Assembly: GCA_030587475.2 (NCBI GenBank)
Contig: JAUQYZ020000025.1
Coordinates: forward strand, 1-17,222
DNA length: 17,222 nt
Source of the DNA: Candidatus Sigynarchaeum calidifontis
GTDB taxonomy: Archaea; Asgardarchaeota; Lokiarchaeia; Sigyniarchaeales; Sigyniarchaeaceae
Reading direction: 5' to 3'
Shown in pieces: positions 1 to 7,259 of the stretch (position 1 is its first letter; every line of letters starts with the position of its first letter). The position numbers and the translations under genes are program-made. Below the pieces are notes generated by a model that searched no databases, was not told the DNA's origin, and saw only the letters and a list, made by a program, of their open reading frames with translations.

Positions 1-240
1 CATCCACTGGGAACCATTCATCCATGTCAAGCCCGGGCAACCGATGAATAGCACGGAAGAAAAATAGGTCGCGCCGTATGACAACCCCGTGAGAAGCGCG
101 CCGATGCTTCGATTCGCAACCATGAAGTCTTGTATCGACTTGGTCCTTTTTTTGCCATAGATTCCGATGAGGGCCAGCCCGACGAGGTATGCAACAAACA
201 CGATCCAGAAAACTACCATGTCTTGAGCTAAGAAGGCCAT
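1..240 (-). CDS. Sodium:solute symporter (SSS/SLC5 family, PutP/PanF/ActP-like), N-terminal part, runs off the window edge
   Basis: Not in the ORF track; translated by hand from the ATG at 240: MAFLAQDMVVFWIVFVAYLVGLALIGIYGKKRTKSIQDFMVANRSIGALLTGLSYGATYFSSVLFIGCPGLTWMNGSQWM. It has TM1, the 'DFxxAxRxxG' motif and the 'S..AT..S...FIG.PG' SSS signature. Confidence 0.9.
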   Translation of the reverse strand, partial: MAFLAQDMVVFWIVFVAYLVGLALIGIYGKKRTKSIQDFMVANRSIGALLTGLSYGATYFSSVLFIGCPGLTWMNGSQWM

Positions 241-244
241 CTTT

Positions 245-577
245 TCATTCCGCCCCCTTTGTAGTTATTGTCGCGTTCCGCGCCTTACCGAGTTTGCTCC
301 ATTCTACGAGATAGACATAGATTAGAGCAAAAGCTATTGCAATGATGCAACCGACCAGAGTCGTCGAAAACACGTCGATTCGTGGGATACCAACATAAGG
401 ATCCGGTGGTTGTGGGAAAGGTGTTGTTGGAGGATTGTATGTGTCCGCAATCTTCCACGTCCACGCTTGTGTTATGGACCCACTGACAAACATGGCAAAA
501 ACGAATCCACACATTGCACCAATTGCAATACCGATCAGTAAAATCATGTACTTGTTTCTGTTTTCATCTGTCAGCAT
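245..577 (-). CDS. Small membrane protein (110 aa, 2 TM helices with a Pro-rich loop), probable accessory partner of the SSS transporter
   Basis: Lies within ORF 245..688. The ATG at 577 is preceded by GAGGAG. There are two hydrophobic segments (ILLIGIAIGAMCGFVFAMFV; LVGCIIAIAFALIYVYLV), and the stop is 4 nt before the SSS ATG. Confidence 0.7.
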   Translation of the reverse strand: MLTDENRNKYMILLIGIAIGAMCGFVFAMFVSGSITQAWTWKIADTYNPPTTPFPQPPDPYVGIPRIDVFSTTLVGCIIAIAFALIYVYLVEWSKLGKARNATITTKGAE

Positions 578-640
578 TGTCTCCTCACTTGAACTAATGG
601 TAAAAGATCGACAATGACGTGTCTCGCTAGCACGGGGTGA

Positions 641-657
641 GTATTTATAAATTTCCC
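641..657 (-). promoter_or_regulatory. Archaeal BRE/TATA promoter for the small-protein/SSS operon
   Basis: The minus strand reads GGGAAATTTATAAATAC, a purine-rich BRE followed by TTTATAAA, about 65 nt upstream of the ATG at 577. Confidence 0.55.
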
Positions 658-822
658 AAAAAATTCCCACTCGCATGTTTTGAATCATGGACTTGAACTT
701 GGCAGATAGGCTCCCACAATCCCTTATGTACCCTGGCAGGAGATGGATTTCCCAAACACGATGTTCGCATTAGAGTCTGTATCGAGGATAAGTTTATCTC
801 GATTTGGCAGCCTTTACCACTT

Positions 823-1386
823 ATGAAACCGGTCAAGCGCCCAGCTTCCCTTATGGCTTTGATCAGCCTCGTTCTCTTATTTCTACCGCAATCATGCGGT
901 GCCGTGGTGTTATCGGGTATCGTGACATACCCTGAACCCAATTGGTATAAAATCTCTGTTGAATCCGCTAGCAATCTTCATATCGAAGTAACTGCAGCAA
1001 ATATAACTGCCAACAGCACTTTGTGGGTCGTTCTTGCGACGGGTATATCCCAGAACATTGGCTTGACGCCGACACTAGCATTAGACGTGATTAACAAAAC
1101 CCAGAACGCGACAATCAGCTATAATTACAATGATACCCGACCGCTGTATTTGATGATCCTTTATTTTTACCGTCACTTGAACAGCAGCAACTCAATCGTG
1201 TACAGTGTTATCTGTTCGCACCCGATCATGCCGTATTCTTATTCACAGTATTATAACGACGTTATTTACCCGGAAATCATCAAACAAGTCGTCGTAGTGG
1301 GGATTATCCTGGGCGGCATTGCGCTGGCAATAACCATCTATTTGATAAAGCGGCGGCGGAAAGAGCCCCACTCACGGCTTATTTAA
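823..1386 (+). CDS. Hypothetical exported protein with an N-terminal signal peptide and a C-terminal TM anchor
   Basis: Basic-then-hydrophobic N-terminus (MKPVKRPASLMALISLVLLFL). Several N-x-S/T sequons (NIT, NST, NKT, NAT, NDT, NSS). C-terminal TM followed by KRRRK. Confidence 0.75.
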   Translation: MKPVKRPASLMALISLVLLFLPQSCGAVVLSGIVTYPEPNWYKISVESASNLHIEVTAANITANSTLWVVLATGISQNIGLTPTLALDVINKTQNATISYNYNDTRPLYLMILYFYRHLNSSNSIVYSVICSHPIMPYSYSQYYNDVIYPEIIKQVVVVGIILGGIALAITIYLIKRRRKEPHSRLI

Positions 1387-1439
1387 TCTTTCCCGTGAAA
1401 AGAATGAAAAAACAAGCCCGGTTGCTATCAAGCAATCGA

Positions 1440-2603
1440 TTATATACGCAAGTATATCTTTTTCTTGTCCAATAACCATCCGACGAAACCTACCAAGGCC
1501 ACGGAACCCGCGCAGTACAGAAGCCCAACCCAAGCGATTTGCGGCGTGAGGAAATCGAACGCCCCTATCTCTCCCAGCACCGTTCCCGGGATGATCCCGA
1601 CTGCGTAGATTATGAGCGCGTTGCGGCCCATGGGCGTGAGCAGCGGGAACTGGAACTTGAAGACATGCTCGAGGGAAAAGAATAGCACGAGAAGGAAGAA
1701 GCCAGCGCCGATGGCGAGCAAATCCGCCGAGATGCTCAAGTCATGATGCTCGAACGGGATGAACCACATCACGACGAAGCAAGCAACGAGGGAATACATT
1801 GCCACCGGCAGGTGCCGCGCCTTGATGGCATCAACAGGCTTCTCCTTGTCGAACCAGTCCCAAAAGCAAGTACCCATGATCGAGATGGCACCGAAGCTCA
1901 GCAACTCGTAGGGGATCATGAACTCGTCGAAGAATGGACCACCCCCGACCCATTTCACGGGGGTTGCCGAGTTGTGCCGGAAAGCAGACAGCCCTGGGAT
2001 CAAGTAGAGCGTGCCGTGGATCACGAGCAGCGTCACGGCGATCAAGGCACGGCGATCGGGGTTCTTCACGAGTAACGTGGCAACCCCGCCGACAAGCGTG
2101 CCCAGACCTAGCGCTGAAAGCGTGGAGTTCTGGCCAAGCAAGAGCCCGCGATATGTCACATTGAAGAAATCCGTGACGGCTTGGAGCCCGATAAAAGCCC
2201 CGACCCTTACAAGCAGCCGCATAACCGCGCTCTTGGTACCGAACTTCTGCTGCCTACTCTTGAGCGAGATCGGGATCGTCACGCCGAGGATGAACATGAA
2301 CAAGCTGGAGCCGAGGTCGATGATCGTGTAAAATTGGTTTTCCATATCAAGCCAATTCCAAGTCACGTGGCTTGCATCATAGAATTGCCAGCCATGATCG
2401 ATGATAGGCGGGACAAGATGCATCTTGCCTAGTTCCCACGTGATCCACGAGATCGCGAGGAATAACACGGTTAATCCTCGAAATTGATCGATGAATTGAT
2501 ATCGATCGTGCGGTGTACGCCTGGCAGCGTCTTTCTTTCGCGATTCCCATTCCTCCGATGGAATGCCCTCGATCTTGATACCGTCCGTCCTATGCTCAGC
2601 CAT
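1440..2603 (-). CDS. HGSNAT-like (DUF1624/DUF5009) transmembrane acyltransferase family protein
   Basis: Motifs RYQFIDQFRG (RxxxxDxxRG), HVTWNW (HxxWxG-like), TIIDLGSSLFMFILG (TxxDLxxPxFxFxxG), PMGRNALIIY and C-terminal KKKIYLRI; multi-TM. The start is probably the ATG at 2603 (the ORF track extends to 2693). Confidence 0.75.
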   Translation of the reverse strand: MAEHRTDGIKIEGIPSEEWESRKKDAARRTPHDRYQFIDQFRGLTVLFLAISWITWELGKMHLVPPIIDHGWQFYDASHVTWNWLDMENQFYTIIDLGSSLFMFILGVTIPISLKSRQQKFGTKSAVMRLLVRVGAFIGLQAVTDFFNVTYRGLLLGQNSTLSALGLGTLVGGVATLLVKNPDRRALIAVTLLVIHGTLYLIPGLSAFRHNSATPVKWVGGGPFFDEFMIPYELLSFGAISIMGTCFWDWFDKEKPVDAIKARHLPVAMYSLVACFVVMWFIPFEHHDLSISADLLAIGAGFFLLVLFFSLEHVFKFQFPLLTPMGRNALIIYAVGIIPGTVLGEIGAFDFLTPQIAWVGLLYCAGSVALVGFVGWLLDKKKIYLRI

Positions 2604-2778
2604 GATGCTCGGTTCCTCGTGCTGCTGGAGAGGCTTTACACATCGGCTGAAACCAATCCAGCAAGTTATATGAGGATCTGGTTCCCACGCCATAATAGCT
2701 ATCCGAATTCGAGGATCACGTTATATGTCGTGCGGTCGTATTGGGAATCGCCGGTCTCCGACAAGCGCGTGTTGAGAA

Positions 2779-4374
2779 ATGGTGCTTGAAAAGATCGCTG
2801 GGGCAGCTACAACCAGCACGGGCGATTATCGCCAGGCCCTCGAGCATATTTGCACCGAGCTGGGCGAATTTTTCGGTTCCACAATTGGCAATGGCATGTC
2901 GAAGCTGGTCGAAGATCCTCACGGCAATTACGTCGTCGTGACTGACGGGGAGACCCTCGTGCGCGAGCTGCATCTCCGGTACAAGCATCCCATACTCTCC
3001 ATCTTGCTCGAGGCGGGGTACGAGCAAGGCCGGCAATGCGGCGACCTTGTTAAAGCGACCATGTTCCTTTGTTGCCGTTTCGTGATTGCCGGGCTTGGCT
3101 TGGTGGGGCAGGGCATCCACGCAAATCTCGTCAGCGAAGGATTCTCGAGCGCACTGCGTGCAATGTTGGCAAAAATCAAGCTTTTGGTTCAAGAAGTAGC
3201 TATGGATCTCAAGCTGGTTAATGCTTGCATTGCGGATTATTTATCAAGTCGATTGTCTCTTGCAGTGTCCCGGCACCTCGCCAATCTAGTCGCTGTCCCC
3301 CTGGCTCGCCATCTCGCGCAGCCAGAGGCACGAGGCCAAGATCGCGAACGGATCCTCGCCGCAATCCTTGACAAGCTCGGCATGATCATCAAACCTGGCG
3401 GGAACATCGTTGATTCTTTCATCGTCCAGGGCGTGGGACTCGTCAAGGATCCACTGTACTGGCACACAACGTGGAACAAGTGCTCGATCGAACAGCTTGG
3501 TAGCGTGCAGATCGCGATGGTATCAGGAGAACTCTATTTCGACAAGAAAAAGCACGGGGAAAGACTTTCCTTCGAGTTGCGAACAGCCGACCAGCATGGA
3601 TTTCGAGATGGTCTCGATGCTATCTGGGCTCGGAAGGCGAGCGTGCTCGCGTCGAAAGGCATACGGGTCCTCATCACGGAGAAAGGGATCGACGATGCAC
3701 TCGTCTCCGCCCTGAATGCCTTGGATCCGCCGGTCCTCGTCTTTCGGCGGGCAAAACAAGAAGAGATGAAAGCAATCGCGCGCCACGTGGGCGCGTTTAT
3801 CGTCCACGACATAGACGCGTTAGGTGATGCCGACATCGGCCATGCGCGTGCCATTAAGGTCGTAGAAACCAGAGGCGAAAGATGCTTCCTTTTCCAAAAT
3901 GAACGCGATCTTGAACAGCAAACGCTCGTGATACGTGGTTCCATGTATGACGTATGCGATGCAGTAAAGCATCACGTGATAGGAGCCATCGGGCATTGCA
4001 TCGATGCAATGACGAGCGGAACCATTTCTGGCTTCCCGTGGATCCTCGTTGACGCCGCACGGGCTGCGATTCAAGACAAGACCAGACCGGTTTCGCCCCG
4101 GGCCATGATAGCTCGCGAAGCCTTCCTTCACGAAGTCGAGTGGTTACCTCGCGTCATGCAAGCAAATCAAGGACTCGATCCGCTAGCGCCAGCCACGCCT
4201 GGAGCGACTGGCCAAAAAGTGACCGCCCGGTCCGTGGAACGCATGCTGAAGATAGCCGCGCTCACGGCGATACGGTTGCTCCGCGTGGACGAGTTGCTCG
4301 TGCACCCGGTAGGCTGGCAGAAGCGCGCCGGGAAAAAAGTCGAGGAGAAAATAGGTCATAACGAGGAAAATTAA
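2779..4374 (+). CDS. Divergent group II chaperonin (thermosome/TCP-1-like) paralog with degenerate ATPase motifs
   Basis: 531 aa with collinear chaperonin remnants: STIGNGMSKLV, VTDGETLVREL..HP, GDLVK at the GDGTT position, GIHANLVSEGF, KPGGNIVDSFIVQG, EKGIDD, RRAKQEEMKAIARHVGA, TLVIRG, AIRLLRVDELL. Confidence 0.85.
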   Translation: MVLEKIAGAATTSTGDYRQALEHICTELGEFFGSTIGNGMSKLVEDPHGNYVVVTDGETLVRELHLRYKHPILSILLEAGYEQGRQCGDLVKATMFLCCRFVIAGLGLVGQGIHANLVSEGFSSALRAMLAKIKLLVQEVAMDLKLVNACIADYLSSRLSLAVSRHLANLVAVPLARHLAQPEARGQDRERILAAILDKLGMIIKPGGNIVDSFIVQGVGLVKDPLYWHTTWNKCSIEQLGSVQIAMVSGELYFDKKKHGERLSFELRTADQHGFRDGLDAIWARKASVLASKGIRVLITEKGIDDALVSALNALDPPVLVFRRAKQEEMKAIARHVGAFIVHDIDALGDADIGHARAIKVVETRGERCFLFQNERDLEQQTLVIRGSMYDVCDAVKHHVIGAIGHCIDAMTSGTISGFPWILVDAARAAIQDKTRPVSPRAMIAREAFLHEVEWLPRVMQANQGLDPLAPATPGATGQKVTARSVERMLKIAALTAIRLLRVDELLVHPVGWQKRAGKKVEEKIGHNEEN

Positions 4375-6203
4375 GGTCTCTTCTTGATGGCTTCGGACGG
4401 GCAGATGGAGACGCACACTTCGCAGCCGTTGCATTGCATCTCGTTTACAATGACTTTTCCCTCGTCCGAAAGCGTGAGTGCGGGGCAGCCGAAATTCTTG
4501 ATGCATATCATGCAGTTGGTACACTTGTCCTTGTCGATGCAAACCGGCTCTGGCTTCTTTTTCATCGTGCCCGCCTCGTGCAGCGCGCATGCATGCCGGG
4601 AGATGATGACCCGTGGCCCCTTCCTCTTGATCGCTTCCTCGATCGCCTTGGTCACTTCCGGGAGCTTGTTGGAATCGACGATCCAGAGATCTTCCTTCTT
4701 CACGCCCGCGCCGAGCACGATCTGCTCGGGTGGGATGCGCGTTCCTTGTTCTCCCGAGATTTTAATCCCCGTTCCCGGGTGCGGCTGGAAGCCGGTCATG
4801 GCCGTTACGCTGTTGTCGAGGATCATGACGATGACATCATTCTGGTTGTACACGGCATCGACAAGTCCAGGCACGCCAGTGTGGAAGAAGGTCGAGTCGC
4901 CGATGATCGCAAAAACGGGGCCATCGTGCAACTTGGCGATGCCGTTAGCGAGACCTATCGACGCGCCCATGCAGATGCACGTTTCTATCGCTTCCGTCGG
5001 CTTGTAAAATCCAAGCGTGTAACAGCCGATGTCGCTCGAATAGACGAATTTTTTCTTGGTTTTGTACTCGACCAGCTTCATCGCGTATAAAGTGCTGCGA
5101 TGCGAGCAGCCCGGGCAGAGTACCGGTGGGCGTGGCGATGCCTTGTGGTACCCGTCGGTGGGCACGGCCAAGCTGGCGAACGGGTTTGCGATGCCTAGGA
5201 ACTTCGTTATGCCGGCAATAGTGGAAGTGAGATCGAGCTCGCCTTTTCTGGAAAAGTATTTCTTGCCCTCGATCTCCACGCGGGAACCAGACTCGTAAGC
5301 GAGTTTTTTCGCGAAATCCTCTATGAACGGGTCCAGTTCCTCCACCACGAGCACGCGATCGACGTTCTGGTAGAGTTTTTTCATCAACTCTTCGGGAAAC
5401 GGGAAAACCATGCCTAACTTGAGTGTCGAAACCTTTCCTTCGAGGCCGAGACTGTGGATCGCGTCATTTGCGTATGAATATGGAACCCCCGCAGAAATGA
5501 TTCCTATCTTTGCGCCGTCGACGAGATCGAGCTTGGTGAAGGGAAATTCGTTTGAAAATTTTCTTAGCGTCTCGTAGCGTTCGAGCAGTTTCACACGCTG
5601 GACCCGCGCGTTCGACGGGAGAAAAGTCCAGCGAGCACTATCATCATCGAAATCGTAAATCCGGTTCCCGATATCCACCCGATCGCCAAGAACCAGATCG
5701 CCACGCGCATGGTTGAGTCTCGTTGTCGTGCGCATCATCACGATGCTACTAAATTTCTCGGAAAACTCGAACGCGTATTTTATCGTGTCTTTGGCTTCTT
5801 GAATGTTGATTGCCTCGAACACGGGACACAGCGCGTGAAGCCCGAAATAGCGGTTATCTTGCTCGTTCTGGCTGGAATGGCACGCGGGATCGTCGGCAGA
5901 TAGCAAAACAAAACCACCATGGGCACCTGCATACGTCGCCGTCATGAATGCATCCGCCGCGACATTCACGCCCACGTGCTTCATGCACGCAAATGACCTG
6001 GCGTTGCACATGGACGCGCCGAGGGCGATTTCGAACGCGACTTTCTCGTTCGTGCTCCATTCCATCTTGATCTCTTGCTGGTGTACCTTGTTGATCTCAG
6101 CAAGTGCTTCCATTATCTCGGTTGAGGGGGTGCCCGGGTATCCAGCGGCGACTTTTACCCTAGCTTCGTAAAGGCCTCGGGCGAGGCCCTCGTTGCCAAG
6201 CAC
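4371..6203 (-). CDS. iorA: Indolepyruvate:ferredoxin oxidoreductase alpha subunit (true 5' end probably extends to about 6251-6258, see findings)
   Basis: LGNEGLARG, GYPGTPSTEI, EWSTNEKVA, MKHVGVNVAAD, DDPACHSSQNEQD, RPPVLCPGCSHR, TPP-binding GDSTFFH...DNSVTAMTGFQP, and a C-terminal 2x[4Fe-4S] domain (CTNCMIC...CP; CNGCEVCVSICP). Confidence 0.95.
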   Translation of the reverse strand: MLGNEGLARGLYEARVKVAAGYPGTPSTEIMEALAEINKVHQQEIKMEWSTNEKVAFEIALGASMCNARSFACMKHVGVNVAADAFMTATYAGAHGGFVLLSADDPACHSSQNEQDNRYFGLHALCPVFEAINIQEAKDTIKYAFEFSEKFSSIVMMRTTTRLNHARGDLVLGDRVDIGNRIYDFDDDSARWTFLPSNARVQRVKLLERYETLRKFSNEFPFTKLDLVDGAKIGIISAGVPYSYANDAIHSLGLEGKVSTLKLGMVFPFPEELMKKLYQNVDRVLVVEELDPFIEDFAKKLAYESGSRVEIEGKKYFSRKGELDLTSTIAGITKFLGIANPFASLAVPTDGYHKASPRPPVLCPGCSHRSTLYAMKLVEYKTKKKFVYSSDIGCYTLGFYKPTEAIETCICMGASIGLANGIAKLHDGPVFAIIGDSTFFHTGVPGLVDAVYNQNDVIVMILDNSVTAMTGFQPHPGTGIKISGEQGTRIPPEQIVLGAGVKKEDLWIVDSNKLPEVTKAIEEAIKRKGPRVIISRHACALHEAGTMKKKPEPVCIDKDKCTNCMICIKNFGCPALTLSDEGKVIVNEMQCNGCEVCVSICPSEAIKKRP

Positions 6204-6254
6204 GATACCTTTGGCTCCTGGCTTGTCAAGTGCGAAAAATGGCGCGCTCGTTTT

Positions 6255-7145
6255 TCATCCCCTCTGCTGCTTGTACAGCTTCCCTATCGCCAATCCCTCG
6301 TTGAAAGCCTTCATGTTGACCTCCAAAGCTTTCCTCGGGACGAAGCTCTCCACGGTCTTTCGCATTGTCTCTATCTTGAGCGGAACCTTTTCGATACCGG
6401 CGAGGACACCGAGCATGACCACGTTTGCCGCGAGTATATTGCCTGCTTGGATCGCGATCTCATCGGCGTCGACGATGATGGTATTCTTAGACGCGGCCTT
6501 GAGGTCTTTCTCAATTTCCGAGACGGGCGGGTATTCCCAGTCGTTGAAGGCCGTGATAGCACCGAATGGGCATATCTTGTCTACGATACATTGAGTGCAT
6601 CCAGTGCAAGAATCAAGTACAATCGAGTAACCGTTCCGAATTTGCCTCGATTCGCCCTGGATGAGGGTGAACTGCTTTTGCGCATCGATCTGCCCGCGAA
6701 AGACCTGGCTCGGTATGCAACTTGCAAGGCAGTTCCCACAACCGATGCATTTGTTCCCGTCGATCTTGAGCTTGCGGTGAGTTAGAACGGATGGCGGGAT
6801 GACGACAGTCTTGGATGTTATGATAACCGTTTCCTCGCCAATATATTTCAAATTACGCAATGCTTCCGAGATCTCGAATGCGAGCAATATATCGATGTCG
6901 CCCTCTATCATAAAAGGACCTTCAAGTGATTTTCCAAAGCGGAGGTATGAAGAGACCGAACCGCCTCGCTGGCTCATGCCGTGGGTCTCAGCTGTCCGGA
7001 CCTTGAATCCGTCGTTCATAGCGGCCCAGCCGAGGATCATGGACGCGCGTATCACGCCCGTGCCGCCGATACCCACGCATAACATGTTGTAGTTGTCCTT
7101 TATCGCTGCATGGATGCTAGTACTATCCTTGGTATTGGTAGCCAT
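6255..7145 (-). CDS. iorB: Indolepyruvate:ferredoxin oxidoreductase beta subunit with an inserted ferredoxin domain
   Basis: GIGGTGVI, ETHGMSQRGGSV, DILLAFEISEALR, GNILAANVVMLG, NMKAFNEG. Internal CIGCGNCLASC and CTGCTQC...CP motifs. Confidence 0.92.
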   Translation of the reverse strand: MATNTKDSTSIHAAIKDNYNMLCVGIGGTGVIRASMILGWAAMNDGFKVRTAETHGMSQRGGSVSSYLRFGKSLEGPFMIEGDIDILLAFEISEALRNLKYIGEETVIITSKTVVIPPSVLTHRKLKIDGNKCIGCGNCLASCIPSQVFRGQIDAQKQFTLIQGESRQIRNGYSIVLDSCTGCTQCIVDKICPFGAITAFNDWEYPPVSEIEKDLKAASKNTIIVDADEIAIQAGNILAANVVMLGVLAGIEKVPLKIETMRKTVESFVPRKALEVNMKAFNEGLAIGKLYKQQRG

Positions 7146-7259
7146 TGTAAATCGAGCGTCTTGAAGGAATCAATTTGCATGATTTGCCAGAGAGCCGGCG
7201 TATTTGAGACTATTGCGTGAGAAACAAAAAAATTTCCCGACTGATGCTCGTACTCTCTA

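Noticed and set aside
4371-4374. Overlapping convergent stop codons (TTAA) of the chaperonin paralog and iorA; 2-bp gap between yjjX and the phosphatase
   Set aside because: Common in compact archaeal genomes and not evidence of functional linkage.
4183-5298. Long alternative-frame and antisense ORFs over iorA (e.g. 4384..5007, 4434..5090)
   Set aside because: These are shadow ORFs of a GC-rich, codon-biased gene with no recognisable motifs.
6255-6257. Selenocysteine decoding of the in-frame TGA between iorB and iorA
   Set aside because: The codon is at the natural IorB C-terminus in a non-conserved linker, not at a Cys-equivalent site, and I could not identify a SECIS. It is kept only as a minor readthrough option.
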